Shown: positions 1-15,532 of the stretch, piece after piece
How positions within the stretch are numbered: the first letter of the stretch is position 1
Layout of the letters: every line of letters begins with the position of its first letter
The notes under the pieces: generated by a model
Seen by the model: only the letters and a program-made list of their open reading frames with translations
What the model was told of the DNA's origin: nothing
Databases searched by the model: none
Translations under genes and position numbers: made by a program
Assembly (NCBI GenBank): GCA_021613535.1
Contig: CP075496.1
Span: 7,440,001 to 7,504,000 of the forward strand
Source: Adineta vaga
Taxonomy: Eukaryota > Animalia > Rotifera
Direction of reading: 5' to 3'
Length of the DNA stretch: 64,000 nt

Positions 1-1117
1 TTTGGTAAGTAATTTCAAGAAATACCATTGTAATTATCTCAGTATGACATACTATACGTAATCTATATATGAATACAAGCATGTCGACTTAGTTTTCAGT
101 CGGAAACCAAATAAGAAACGTTCAGGTTAGAGATAAGGTGTGCTTCAATGTTCACAATGTTGAAGGTCAAGAAGACTAGATCTTGACTATCACTTGAACA
201 GAATAGAAAAAGAATATAGCTAAGTACTATTCGTAGAATGATGAGAAACCAAGCAAAATGCTAATGCAATCAGAGTACAAATGAATACGTGTGAGAAAAA
301 AAGAATTCCTTCTCTTTTTCTCAAGATACCTGTTCAATGCTCGATTACACGCAATGATGATGAGACGAAGAAGACATTGAAAAAGTGTATGAAGTATTCA
401 ATACAAAGGTTAACCTTTCAAATACTTGTTCATTCTACTAAATTATTTCTTAGAAATATGTCTCTCTCTCTCTCTCCATCTCTCTCTTTGCTATAATTTA
501 TCCTTCGATCTCCTATTAGTTTCATTAGAGTTAAGTATGGACTGATTTTTCTTCTCTGTCTAGCTTGTGTCATACTAATGGTAGATTTCATCTAATGCAT
601 GTTTAGTTTCAAATCAGAAGGTCGAAATAAGAAACTATTATAGTATTAATCATAACAATATGATCGATTTTTGCTTGTTGTCGATTCTATTCGTGTTAAT
701 TGACTTATTAGTATTCTACATTTATCGAGCACTAAAGACAGACGTATATGTTTATTTTTCGCATGTCATTTGTCTTCATTAACAAGCACGCGATTGTACT
801 AACGACATGTTTGTTCACTATACCGGTTCATACAATCAATGAACATCGATTAAAAATCAACAATGAATAGGTACTTGTTAATAAAATGTTTTTTGTTCTA
901 TTAGTGAGTAGTAGACATGCTTCACATTTAAACAATTGGTGTCTTAATTTTAATTACTCATATACATATGCATGCATGTGCAATGAAAGATATATCTATA
1001 AAAAAAAGACGGAAGCATGTGTATACGCCTTCTTTCAGCTCTAACTTTCCGGTTGCTTGATTGAACAATTACAGTCAACAGAGTTAACCGATGAAAAAGA
1101 ATCAAGTGGCTTCGTTT

Positions 1118-1143
1118 TTCTTCTTCTTCTTCTTCTTCTTCTT
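1118..1143. repeat. (TTC)n microsatellite
   Basis: Directly visible. Confidence 0.9.
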
Positions 1144-3734
1144 GGACTTTCTCTTTTTTCTTTCTCTTGTCTTTACTGATAGTCAACGACGAAGATCTTT
1201 CTTTCTTCGTCTTCTTCTTCTTCTTTTTGTTGAAGAAATAAAGTCAAAAAGTGGCTACTCGAATTTTAATAGAATTGATAAGTATCACTAAGTTATGTAT
1301 GGATAGCGTTCAAATTGAATTTGTACTCATTGAGCAGAAAAACTGCCAAGATGAAAATCCGATCAGTTCTGAGGTAAATTGATTATCTTTTTTTTCCTCT
1401 GTCTATTTCTCATTCTTTTTTTCTGTTCTGATTGTCGATCACCTGTCTGAAGATGACCTCGTTTGTATTATTACGTACTTCTTCTTTATCTTTTTTTCTC
1501 TTTTATTCTATTTCTATAATCGATGACTACTACTAGTTCCAATAAACGTAAAAAGCAAGTTTCACTCGTTCAGATCATCGGCAATTGTCTCATGATGATT
1601 TATTCCCTGAGGAGGGTGAGAAAATGAAAGAAAGAACAAAAAGAAGAAGAAGAAGAAGAGAAACACCAAAACGGACATAAGAAAAAGAAAATTTATTTAG
1701 TACGCCGAAAATCTCTTGAGCGTTCTTTCCTCTTATTGATCAAACTCTTTGTTCTACATCATCTTTCTTCAATCGATTGGCTTGCTATCCATTGTAATTG
1801 TTTTTTTTTCGGAGGTAAGTGATATAGGTCTCGACAATCATTTCAACAGAGACAGAATCAGATAGACAGACATGAGGAAAAAGAAAATAACACTAGATAT
1901 ACATATATTTATACATATATCTGTATCTATGTGTCCCGAGGTAATCGATGCATACTGTGTTGACCTTGTTACAGTATCTCGTGTTTCATTTGTAAGAATC
2001 AGTTAAAACTATCTACAGCTGTGCCAGCTGGTCTTACGCAGATTTGTACGAGTCTAATGACTTTCATTTTTACAGGCATTTTCATTTTTATTTGATGACC
2101 CTTATTGTTGTAAATTCAATTGAACAAAGAAGGAAACTGAAGAAAGAAAGAATATATATATATATGTGTGTGAACAAAACAGATAGACAAAAAAAGGCAA
2201 AAAGACGAGAGTTATAAAAAAACGTTTCATAATCTCGTTGACGCTTGCGGCCATCATTTGACTTCTACTGTCTCTAACTTTTTATGTGTATGTGTGTGTT
2301 AAAGAAATCATTATGGGATTCGAGCCGTTTCGTCAATATTAGAACTTGCTTTCTTGCCAGTCACTTCCTGCTTGATGTGTTCTGTGTAGCACAAGTGTAT
2401 ATATATGAGTGTGTGTACGACGATAATTGTTTCTCGCATGCAAGCCAAGTTTCTTGTCCGATCAATTCTCTTGAATTGTTTTTTCTTTTTTTTCTTTCTC
2501 TCTCCTCTTCGTTCTAATGATTTATCATACTATTACTATCAATGAATGGTCAAGTAAATGAACAATCGAACAGTAACAGATTAGTATTAGTATGATTGCT
2601 TTCGTCGATTTGTTATTGTTAGTCACTTCTTCAGCTAAAGAGCAGAGTACTATTGCATTCAATCTGATATGTTGATGACTAGAATGCTGTCAATGATCCT
2701 GAACAGGCATCTCACTCAGTTACTCACTCACTGATAAGAACAGACGAGACAAGAGAGGGAGAGAGATCGATCTGTTTGTACAAGAGCTCAAGAGAAAACG
2801 TGTAACGAAGGACGCATCATTCTATAATGTAACTTGACAACAATGGTGAGGTTGTAGCCGGGAGAGATAAAGAAAGAGAAAGGGAATACTAAGGGGAATT
2901 AGCAAGTCACTCGATTAATCGTATATAATACATATATGTAAAGTAAAGAAGAGAGAGAGAGAGTAAGAGAGTGAATGAATGAGTGAGGACACTAGATAAG
3001 AGTTACTTCACGCGTCAGAGGTGATTATTATTTTTGTTCAACAATTGGACTCTCCTCCCTGACTGTGTGAGACGTGCCATGATTAGTAACACTACTCAAG
3101 AAAAAGACGAATGATCATTTGTATATAGTAATCTATTGACTTTTTCTTTTTCACATCATCATCCTCACTATCATGTCGACATCAAAAATGTCTACATATT
3201 CTATATTTTCATTTTGACACGTTCATCATGCAACATCATTTACTAATCAACTCCTGCAGATCTCATAATTCATTGTCTATTCCCTAACACAACACGATGA
3301 TATCGAACATATTACTTCAGTCATAATGAAATATATCAATCTATCGAACTGATTGAACAAGAAAAAAAATCTCATTATGACCTACTGATTTATTACACAA
3401 TACATTTTAATCGTATGTATAAGTCAATATTAAAAATATAATATAGACTTAAAATAGACATTTACTAGATCGATATACATATATTCGTTTATATTATCTG
3501 CTTACATCTATATTATAATGGACGACAAAAAGAATATGTCATATATGATGACATTATCTGTCACTAATTGACAATCTAGATGTTTGAAACGACATTATAA
3601 TTCTTTCGTTCTTTGTTTATGACCTTTACCTCTGAAGAAAAAATCTCTTTTTTTGCTTGTAGATAATCATTTTCTATATATTAATATATCGACGACTATG
3701 TTTGTCTCATCATTGTCGTCAATAATATTATCAC

Positions 3735-6700
3735 ATGTATACAATTGAATATAAAAAAGCATTTATTTTTTTCCTTATTTTATTTTCTATTCAAATTAAA
3801 ATGATATCAACTGATAATCAGGAAGATAATACTCGTTTTGAAACCATCATTCGTACTGAAAATAGTCATGTTCGTTTAACCTGTGATTTAACTGATGTTG
3901 CTTGGTGGAAACGACCAGATCTTCTAGCTACAAGATATGGTATTATCTTATCTAAATATCGTTTAAAAATGGCTCTGGAAAAGCTTGATGATGGAACAAA
4001 ATCAAGTGGTATACAATTACAAATATTGAATATTCGTCAACTTCAATCAAATGATTCAGGAACTTATGAATGTGAAACATTAGGCGCTATTCGACAATTT
4101 AATTTAACTGTAACAGGTAAGACCTTTTTCTGACTCAAGTGCCATTTCTTTTCTTCATCGATTTATTTCTCATTTAATATTTATTGAATTTCAAATTATT
4201 TTTATACATTTTCATCCTATAGAACTATTGATAATCAAAATCTTAGCATTTTTTTCTTCGACCATAAATCTACAGCATACTAAACTTTAATAGTTTCCTA
4301 TTTTGAACATCAAGTGTTAATAAATCATTACTTATCTATAAGTATAAATATTCTGTTGAAGAGATTCAATATTGAAAATACATTCAAGGAGAGAAGAATA
4401 TTGATGACAATCAAGTTCTTCTTTTCTTTTATTATTAAATCCGATCGTAATTTCCTAGAATCGATAGAATCTGTATATGTCTGTTAGTTCAGATTCTGAG
4501 TTGTTTTACAGAAGTATGATATCTTTATTTGTTTTTCTTTAGTACTTTAGGCGAAATGTTTACAACGATATAAATATCAAATAGTTCTGGATATTTTGAT
4601 GCTATCAGAAAAGACAGATATACACAAACGAATAACACTAAATAACGAGAAAACAACAAATTTTAGTAATAGCCAATTGCAAATACTTGAGAAAGACTCG
4701 TTTTGCCTTCTTTTCTTTTTATTAAATTTCTCTTTCGCTAAAAGCGAATATTCTTCGTTGATATATGGACAATCTTATATTGCAAATATTTGTATCATAC
4801 AGAACTTTCCGAATAACTAGTCTTTGTCAATGATTAACTAAATATCAATTTATTAGTCAAATAAAGAATGTATTTGTTTGTTGTTGACTGAGAATACAAT
4901 AATAATATATAAATCTAATAGATTTCTAACGATAATTGAATGACTAAAGTTTATTCAAATATTTAAGATTAGAAACAAAATCATATGTTTTTTATGTGTA
5001 AAATATTTTGAATTGCTATCAGCCTAGAGATGTTAGACATCGCGTATGGTTTTATTTGTGTAAGGGTAATGTTTCTTGTACGTTTAAAAAGTATGTACTG
5101 ATTTAGAATTTTCTTCTCAAAAAGGGAGAAGCAAATTAGTCTTGTATCTTAATGTAATGTGTTATTATAAGCAATCCGATTGAAATATTCTTTTACAAGT
5201 GAATTTACAACATAAGCATCTTTTACTAATTATATTTGATACGACGAAACTCAGGATTGAGTAAATGCGATTATTTCATATTATATTATTAAAGTTTCTA
5301 TAGAAAAATGAGAATCGTTGATTTTAAGTAACGAAAGAAAAGAAATCTTCTTTCTTGTCATCAGTAAGTTAAGTTTCCGAAACAAAGGTTTCTTTTCAAT
5401 GAAATTAGATTTAGTATATTGAGTTTTTAAGTAGAGAAAATTGCCTATTCTGAATGATTATTGAATTACTTATCGACACATTTTTAATATCCTACTCAAC
5501 ATGATCTTGAGTATCTGTCGTCTTTGTTCTCACATACTGTGACATAATGTATACGATGTATGTATGTGTGTGCATCAAGCGAATGAGCAAGAGAGATGAG
5601 AAGAAGAGAAAGAAAATGAGAGCTCTTGTCTCTACCAAGTAGGCAATTGTATATGTATGCGAATGACAGAGTAATTCTTTCTCTTTTCTCATCGTAGACA
5701 GATATATATATATATGTGTGTATGTATTGATCTTTAGTTGTCTTTTCCAGACTTCATCATAATTTTAATTTCTCCTTTGAGATATTAACAACTGTTAGAT
5801 GATTTAACCCGTTCACATCGATGTGTGTTGCTTTAGAATACATAAATTCAACGAAGTTGATAGAATGGGAAGGATGCGTGTTGCACACTTTTCCGAAATA
5901 ATTTCCGATTTTCTTTTCCCTTTTCTTTCTCTATTACACATAAAACTGATACAGCACATACATGCACACACACTCTTGATGATCGATAGTGCACAGCGAG
6001 AAACACGAGTAATATTACGTCAAGTGGCTGTGAACACACACCCGAGTTCGATCGTAATATATAGGGGCATTTGTGTACGATGCTGTGTCTATTGTATTTG
6101 CTCTAATGTGCACGCGCGTACACTGTCATCGATCGATCGATCGATCGATTGCATTGAGCTAATATTAATTTTATGAGAAAAATAATAGATGTCTGTCTTG
6201 ACAACTATGGGTTTGTTAATTGTGATTGTATTGAAATTATATTTGGAAGTCTCATTGCACAAAACTATTGTTAGTGATTTTCTATGAATGAAAAGAAATT
6301 GGAAAAAATCCACATAGTGATTGGCATGCTCCTTTTGTTTTCTATTTCTTTTTTTCCCTTTTTTTCGCTCTTCTCTCTTTCTTTCTTTCGCTTCATCGCT
6401 CACATTTGACTAGAAGAACATCATAAGAAAAAAAAGAATCTCCAAGAATCTGATCATTGTTCTTATTCGCTTTGACAACATTGCTATAAATGTCGTTGTT
6501 TCATTCGTTCACACTTAGAACAACTAAGCCAGAGATTACAACATACTTCTCAGGAGACCATAGGCAAAGATGAAGATGAAACTTCTTTGTCTTTATCTTC
6601 AATGATCAACCTTGCAACTAATAATGCTACCAGTTGGGTGTGGTTTCTTCCGGGCGTCTGATTTCAGATCCTCTTTATTTCTTTTCTTCTACGCCTTCTA

Positions 6701-8894
6701 TCGATGACTATGCGTGTGCCTATTTCCTCTATCACTCTCTTAATGTGTCGGTATTAAACAGCCGTACTAGCATACTCGGTAAACGACATCTCTATTCTTT
6801 CTATGAACTACTTCTATTATTCATTTTCTCATTTTTTTTCTCATACCTCCCTCTTTCTTCTTTATATCATTCTCTTTTAATACGAAGATCATAGTTGTGT
6901 GTTTCCGCCCGTTAAACTTTCCCTATGCTATCATTACCCGTTGCGTATGTTATTCTAAAAAGTGCACACACATATGACGAGTGTCAAGATGACTAGAGAA
7001 ATTGAATCCTATCGTAGTACGTGTGCTTCTCGCTCGCTCTCTGTCTTTTACTGTCGCTTTTCTCACCTCTTCATTACTCATTCATTTACACCCTCGAAAA
7101 GAAAAAAATGTATAAAGGGCATTGTCCACGGGAAACCACTCGACAACACACGTTACCCGATAGAATGAGAACGAAACAGAAAAAAAACGATAAAAAAACC
7201 GGAGAAGAAAAGAAAAATCTATTGTTAGATGAAATAAGAGATGACAAGTCATATAAGATCATTTGATTTCAAATTTGTATTTTAGTTCGTCTTACTTCTG
7301 TCGAACTTGGTGCTCAAATTTTATCAACACACGATTCTTCAATTCCTTCAATATCAAATCAAACCAATAAAGATCTTTTACATCAATCATCATCATCTAC
7401 ACATTTCCTTTTTTATTCGTTATTATCAAATAATGGACACATACGCTTGCATGAAAATCAATTAATACGTATTACATGTGTTGTATCTCGTGCATTACCA
7501 GCTGCAACAATTCATTTTCCATTTGATATTGAATACCGTGTAGAGAAAAATTCGACGATAGAAAACGACGATAAAACTTATCGAACAATAGTGATTATAA
7601 CTCTTCGACTTAATCGCTTTTTTCATAAACGTACATTTCATTGTGAAGCCGTTCAAACTCAACTTATCGATGAAGAAAGCAAACAACAAGAACAGCAGCA
7701 GCAACATCAAATACTTTCCAATACATTTCAAACCGATGTAGTTTGTAAGTATAACATAAAAGGAATATTTAATTTCCACCATCTCTTATCAAAGTCATAA
7801 ATAATTAATTTTACGTTTTTCCAATTAATAAAAAACGGGTTTTAATAAGGAAAAGATAGATGAAACCTTTTTCTCGCTCTCAATGACACAAATAGATTGT
7901 ATCATAGGCAGGAAAAAAATAGAAACATATTTGTGTAATCTTAGCACCTTATAGAAAGAAAACAGATGGAATGACTAAAAGCAGACAAACACTTGACTCT
8001 TATATGAGATGTCCCTTGGAGCAATGCATATTCAGTGGTGAAAAGAAGAGCGATGATGATGATGATGATGATGATGATAAGGCCTTATCTTCTAACCCTG
8101 CATGGTAAAACTTGTACAAAAAGGAAAGATGATCGCACATTTTCTTCTCGTCCATATGACTATCGTCATCTTCAATTTACGGCATAGTTTTACCCTACTT
8201 TAATTCTATTTGGCGTGTCAGACTGTTCTTCATCGAACATTGAGCGACGCCATACTTCATTCAATTTAGTCAATTTCTCTGTTTCTTCTCTTCTTTTTTC
8301 TTTGTGTTCCATCATATACAACGCCGCTTATTTCTCGCTTGATTGCTTCGCGTACATTTATTCGTCTTTCGTTCGGTTGATCGATTGAATCAGTAAATGG
8401 TGGCACACATGGAATATAAATATGGTGAACATGAAGAGATAGACAACCTGAGGGCTCGAATCTCTTCTGCTTTTGCTTTTCCTTTCTTTCATAGTCTTTA
8501 GCCGAAAGAGACAATAATGATGAATATTTATCGAATGAAAGAGCATCAACTAAGGTGCATCATGTTATTTTTATCTTTAATGATCGAATTCATTCATTTA
8601 CTAAGGATAAACATCGTCAATAGATGATATAATTATAATACCGTCTTCGTAAAAATTCAACTATTCCATTTAACAGATGCGAAGTCAAGAGCTTTCCTAT
8701 CTATATTTATATACATATATGTGTTAACGTCGTCCAATTTTGCGACCAATTAAAGCTGACACGCTATTAATCAACAATAGTCTAGCTAAGGCTTCTTCTT
8801 CCTCTTTTCCTTGTTTCATATGCTTTGATATCACCTAAACTTCTGCTATTAGCTTGTATATATACATATATATCTGTGTATGTATATATGTATG

Positions 8895-8934
<40 letters not shown>

Positions 8935-11900
8935 GCACATCTTTGAACTATCTATTACTAGAAAATGAGAGATTATGTGTCGTGCTTTACTGTTACTTTC
9001 TTTGTTAGTATCAACGCCTTGAGAAGAAAAAAGAGAAAAAGAAGAAAAGACGGCAAAATGTTCTCTCTTCTATTCTTTCCTTCATGCTTTTCTCTCATCT
9101 TGGCATCAGTCTTTATCGTTAATACTTATACTTTCTAACCATTACTATCATTATCATAGAATATTATTTCTCTAAAAAAAACACACATATATATATATCA
9201 TAACTACCAGATATATCTTGAAGTAAGTTATTTATTAAATAGAGTTGTTAAGGCTCATTGACATTCTATCTGTTATTTAAGAGGAAAAAACGTGAGATAT
9301 AAGAATATTAGAAAAAGGGCAAACAACAAATCATTATATCTATAGAATTGTTTCCCTACTTGATTGTTAATATTTAAAGAGAAAGGAAAATGTGCGAGAA
9401 GTATAGAAATTGAAGATAATTTATAGAGCGATGAAATTAAGTAGCCAATAGAATGACAATGGTATTATTATATATTCTATATGGAAATGGTCTGCTTTCT
9501 TAAAATGTTAAGAAAGTGCGTACTTGACGCGGATATTTGTTTGAGATTGAATCTATAATGGACGTTATAGTTTCTTGTCAATGGCAGCTGAATTGAATAG
9601 GTTAATGTTTAGCTAGAAATATACATACATATAAATATATAGGTTATAGTTTCTGTTAATCTTGTCATATATGTATGGACGTCTGGCGGATGTCATTCGA
9701 GCGCGTGCTAACATGTCAACAAATCAATCTATCATTAGAGTAGAAAAAAAAGCAGCAATCGAAGAGATTTTTTTTTGATGTGTTGATTTTATTGTTTAGA
9801 TGGTCCAACATGTGCACATAAAGTTCAATCTTCACATCAAATTTTTACTGGAATTCATCGACCTATAAACTTAACTTGTTTTATGAATGATGCCAATCCA
9901 TCGAAATTAAATTTTACTTGGATTTTACCCAATGGAAATACTCGTTTAGGACATCATTTAAATCAAACTTCTAATTATATAACAGTCATACCAAATCAGA
10001 TCGAAGATTTTGGACAAGCAACTTGTCGAGCACAAAACGAATTAGATTTATTTGCCGAGTGTCATATTAATATGATAATGGGAGGTATAAATTGTTCATT
10101 AATATATTGGCTTCTTTTTTTTATATCACAAAAGAAAATCTTTTGAATTTATAATTTTAGGCATACCTGACCCGATAAAATCATGTGGTTATACATATGT
10201 TAATGCTACTTTAACAGTCAATTGTGTTGCAGGATTTCATCAAGGTGATGAAGATTTCTTTTGTTATATGTATAAACGACAAGATAACGGTGAATTTTCT
10301 GAACATGCACGATTGAAAGGTAAGATAGTAAGTTATATGAAAAGATAGCAAAGCTTTTTTTTCACAGCCAATTGTGCATTTATTCTTCCTGATCTCAAAC
10401 CTGAACTACACCATGATTTTCGTGTATTTACACAGAATAAATTTGGTAGTAATATGGATCGAAGCTATTCTATTACAGTTGGAAGACCAAAAGGTAATGA
10501 TCAATATAATTAATTAATAAACAAACACTTCGATTATTGAATTCTCTTTCGTTATTTAGCTGAATCACTTATTGATAAAACTCGAACTTATTGGCCATAT
10601 ATGGCTATTTGTGTTATTGGCGCATGTCTTGTTTCATTATTAATTATTTGTTGTTGTTGTCATCAGATACGTCGATCATTATATAAAAGAAAAACGAAAG
10701 GCAATTTTGACAGTAAGTGATTAATGAATAACTATTAGTGATTGATTATATCAATTTTATAGGTCTAACTTATCAAAATCATAGTCCAAATACACATATG
10801 AATTCAAATGGCAAACATTCATTAGGTAAAGAAAGATCTTTCATTTTATGTTACGATTGAAGATGTTCCTTTCGTGCCTCAAGGAATAATAAAGGATCCT
10901 TAACGGAATATGAACTATATGACAGAAAGGGTATTATTGTTATTCGGAATCATTGAGAATTGATCTGGATAAATCTTATGATAAAATCATGCATGCATAA
11001 TAAGACTTGTATTATAAATCTTCTGTCTTTCACTCATCTCCGTTTCTTTCTTTTTTTTTGTGTCTAAAGAAAATCAATAACTCATTTGTTTCCGTATAAC
11101 TCATAAATCAACATGAATGTCTATCAAGAACGATAAAGACCTTGTTGATTGATATATCGACATTTGTGTAGGCTCGTGTTTGACTTAATGGAATATCACT
11201 TCATCTTGCCTTTTTTTCCTTCTTTTCTAGTACATTTAAAACAGAATGGCAATGGAACAGCTTATCCCGTCCGTCCCTATCGTTCAAAAGATTATTTAAT
11301 CTCGACAGATATATCTACTTCACAACGTAGTAATCCTCCAAATCGAGGTATTTATACGCCTGAAGATGAATGCTCGTCTCCAAGACGAAATACTTTAAAG
11401 GAAACTGATCTTGATCAATTAATTGGTTCCTCAAATACAACTGGTTCATCTGCAACAGCAACAATTAAAACATTACCACTAAATCGAACACGTCCACTAT
11501 TTGCCGCTTTCTCTCCCCACGATCAACTACAACAACAGCAACAACAACAACTGCAACAGCATTTACAACGCGATGAAACTAATCACAATCCATTAACAAT
11601 TCAACGTCGTTCAAGTTTTCAAACTGCGACGAAATTAAATAGTTTAGATTTCTATACCGCACAAGAACCCTTCTATTTACTCGATCGACAGATGATGAAG
11701 GTCAATCAACGAAATAGTTATTCACCTGAACGTGATCTTCGAGCACGCGAACACTATCGTGAAATTCGTCGTGAATATTCACCGTATTCGAAAGACGAAA
11801 ATTTACTTGATATTCATCGACAAACTCTATTAGACGTCGATCGTACACGAGAAAATAGTTTGATTGTAGAAAATCACATGTTAATGAAAGGTGAAGACGT

Positions 11901-12177
11901 TAGTCGAGCGAGTTCAATGGCTGATCAACATTGGCGTGAAATGAACGCTATTGATGAAATTGATTATCATGATCGTTATATGGATTCAAATGAAGTTGAT
12001 GTCGAACATTTTCAAGATAATTCCGACGATAATCATCAATTTATTTCAAATGATGATGATCGAGATCGACGAAGTCTTGATCGAATATCTGTTGATTATC
12101 GACGTGATGATGATACAACTATTGCTAATTATGATCGCGATGATGATCGTTATCGTGATGATGGTATTTTTGTGTGA
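3735..12177 (+). CDS. Single-pass Ig-superfamily receptor (3 Ig + FN3-like + TM + long acidic cytoplasmic tail), Sidestep/nephrin-like
   Basis: In-frame GT-AG exons ~3735-4116, 7286-7744, 9800-10084, 10161-10319, 10368-10493, 10560-10712, 10763-10825, 11231-12177. Signal peptide; Ig motifs (LTC..VAWW..DSGTYECE; ITCVVSRALPAA; YGPTC..NLTC..FTW..GQATCRAQN); FN3-like GIPDPIKSC..VNCVAGF..FRVFTQNKFG; TM YMAICVIGACLVSLLIICCCC. Confidence 0.85.
6128..6149. repeat. (ATCG)n self-complementary microsatellite
   Basis: Directly visible, intronic. Confidence 0.85.
8052..8078. repeat. (GAT)9 microsatellite
   Basis: Directly visible, intronic. Confidence 0.9.
8893..8927. repeat. (TG)n microsatellite
   Basis: Directly visible, intronic. 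Confidence 0.9.
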
Positions 12178-14332
12178 TTTAATCTTTATTTCGATTCTTC
12201 TATTTGTAAAAAAAAGAGAAACAAACAAAAGAGCTCTTTGTCTTTTTCTATATGTTGTTTGTTTGTTTGTTTGATTGTTTCTATCGTGCGCAAGTTCTTT
12301 TTTTTATATAAATGCATTCAAATGTAATAAGTATATACATAAAAAACGTTTTTCTACTTCTACAGATTCCTTTAATAGAGAAAAAGAAACTAATAAATCA
12401 ATCATTGATAAAGATATTTCTTTAATTTGAATAGACGATTTTCAATAGGAAATGAGATAGAGTCAAGTAATCTTAGTTTTCTTTTGTTTGTCTATAGAAG
12501 AAAAAAGGGAGTTGTATTTGTAACAACAATATAGTTATGATACATAACCTTCCCCGGAAAAAACTAATTAGACAAACAATCGAATATCCATTAATCTTGT
12601 TGGTTTTTTCTAATTATACAATAAAGATTCTAATTAAATCTATATGAAAAGCTATTAACAAATCATCAAACCAGATTTATTATACTATCCTAGTAGAATA
12701 ATATTATTGTCACAACCAAAAGCATATTTCAAGATTACAACACTTTCCTGAGTAATGACAAAATGGTTTTTTCTTCTGCTATTGACTCGTCAGAGTTGAT
12801 ATTGACAACAAAGAAGACAATTATTGGAATCTCTCGTATATATATATATATATTCACAACGAATTGAAATCAAATCAGATACGTCAAGTTTCGTAGAATT
12901 TAGAAAGTGATTCTATTCCGCAAGGGAAATCTGATATAACTAACATATTGATTATTTATACAAAACGGATTACACTGAATTTGATGTGGATGAAAAACTA
13001 ATTTCTCATTTTGACGATTTAGAATAAAATAGGTTCAAAGACGAGAAGTTAACATTACTCATTATGACAACTTTAAATGACTACTTGAGATTTTTAACAA
13101 ACAGATTGTTTTCCAATGACGTAGATGTTACCATTTTTCAAGTAAAATTTTGTTTTCTTTTAAAAGGGCAACTTGTTCAGATTTATACTCGAACTTTTTA
13201 ATTGATTATTTACCATTTGTGTCTTGAACGTGAATTATTAATTGAGATAAACACGATTAACAGAGTGCAAAAGTCTTCTGTTAGTTCATCGTCACAATAT
13301 CTTTCAAAAATCAATTGATGTAAACCAGATAGATCATAGATTGTGTACTTTTTCAAAACATGTTTGATCCATTCATGACATACAGCCTGTTATTTTGTAT
13401 TATTATTGAATCTTTTTTACTTTTCGATTTGTTTTTATTTGTACATTTGAGTCAGATCTTCAGTTGCTTTGTGTGCTAAAGAATGTATCAAAAGTTCGTC
13501 ATGAAATTTCATCATTTGCACTGCAAATAATCCTCTTTCGAAAGCATGAAGCCGAAAATCTCAATTAAAAAACGAATAAATATTTTTTTTGTGCGTTCTA
13601 TTCAAACTTCATTGGAATATGCATAAAAATTGTCATTGACACATATCAGTATCTGAAACTAATTTTTTTCTTCTAGTCAGCTGCCAAAAGAAGACTTTTC
13701 AAGTTCGAATTGCTTTATTTCAATGTAAACGAATGAAACCTTTAAAATCGAGACTTTTCTTTCTTTTTCTTACTTTGTATGAAACTAACACCCGAATATT
13801 TGGAATTAGAATTGATTTGCTCTGTTTTTCTCTGTATCTAAACGACTAATTCTAATCTTGGTCATATTTTCAATCGGAGAATTTTAATTGGAAGAAAACA
13901 TATTTTGTTTTACTATTGTTGTCAAGTTTTAATATAATCCAATCGAACATAAAAAAAATATTTTTGCATAGTTGTTTTCAATTATTTCAGCATAACTAAG
14001 TTTTTTAAAGCACGCAGCGACCATTTTGCGTTGCTAAATAGACACGCACATACTTAAATTCACATTATCGAGAATTCTTTTTTTCTTTGTGTATGTGTTG
14101 GAAGCGAATACAGAAAAAAAACGAACGAGAAGGTAGGCAGAAAGAGGGAGGGAGAGAGCGACAGAGAAAAAATAGAAAGAGAGAGAGAGAAAGAAAAAAG
14201 TCATCGATAAAAAAAATTGAACAATGATATTATCGTTTAGATTCGATTGAAGTAACAAGAAAGAAACAATTCAAAGAGAACTTGTCAAACTTTCTTGAAT
14301 AACATACTTTTTTCAAATAACAAATCATCAAT

Positions 14333-14919
14333 ATGAGTCGTGCACCGTAAGTTATTGAAGAGATATTTTCGACTTTTTATTAGTTCATTGTCATTTAGAA
14401 ATCATTCATCTCATCCATCTGTTGTTAAACAACAATACGATACACAAAACGTATGGAACTTCGAAAACCAATGGCGTTCGGAATTATTCAGTTGTAAACC
14501 GTGTAGTCAATGTGAGTTTTCATAATTTTTCAAGAACAATTTGATTATTTCGAAAGTTTTTAGTCTGTTTTGCTTGTTGTTGTCCATGTATTTTTGGATG
14601 TAAATTGGCTAAACGCATGGGAGAATCATCTATCATTGGTTGCTGTCCTGGTTCAATATCCTATTTTCGAACAAAACTTCGAACAGCAAGACGTATTGAA
14701 GTCCGTATTTCTATCTTTTGAAAAAAGAAGATTTTATGCATTTTTCTTCTATTTTGATAGGGTTCATGCTGCGGTGATTATTGGGCAACAAGTTGTTGCG
14801 GTGCATGCGTGGCAAATCAAATCGCAAATGAACTTGATTCACAAGGTTTATGGGAAACACGAGGAACACGAAAAACTCATCCACGAAATGATCGTTCCTA
14901 TCATGGTGACACCTATTAA
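14333..14919 (+). CDS. PLAC8/cornifelin-family Cys-rich protein, copy A (4 exons)
   Basis: Spliced product MSRAP..NQWRSELFSCKPCSQFCFACCCPCIFGCKLAKRMGE..RTKLRTARRIEGSCCGDYWATSCCGACVANQIANELD, matching PLAC8 motifs (W..L..C, CCPC, R..R....I.G..C.D, C...Q...EL). Confidence 0.85.
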
Positions 14920-15532
14920 AACCTACAAAAGAAAACTCTTTTCAACTTTTAAACCTTTCGAGTTCATTTTATTCAACAAATGTCTGTATAATCATATACA
15001 AATATGAATAAAAACATAATAAACTCAAACATACGCATATACATATACATATACATAGAAATATTATTTTTCATTTTTGTTTCTTGATCGAAAGTCAAAA
15101 TTGTGAAATATGATCTGATTGTTTGTAGCTATAATTATTCCATTGAAATCTTTCCATAGTAACAAAAGTTGCGTTTTTTTACTCATGTTAATACGAAGAC
15201 AAAGACATGACAAAAATAAAAATGCGTATTTTTCATGCTTTTGTGCAGAATTGTGTTGCTAAAACAAACAGATTCGAACAATTTTTTTTCACTCCATCTT
15301 TCTTTTTCTCAGTCAATTTCAGTTATTTTCTTTTTGTTTCTTTCTGATGCACTATTCTCTTACCTGAAGTTGTTCGATTAAAACAGTTAAACGATTGTGT
15401 ATGTTACTACCTTGACGACAATTTTGCCTGCGTTCATTGAGTGATTGATTGGAAGAAGTGTCATTCATTCAAAGAATACGAATCAGTTCATCGGGTTTTA
15501 AGTAAACTAATATTGAATACACCTGAGTAAAC

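Noticed and set aside
281-3700. Short ORFs upstream of the Ig gene, including ATG 1351 with a donor at ~1374
   Set aside because: Low-complexity or microsatellite translations; splicing to the acceptor at ~3662 gives an immediate stop, so at most a 5'-UTR exon or uORF.
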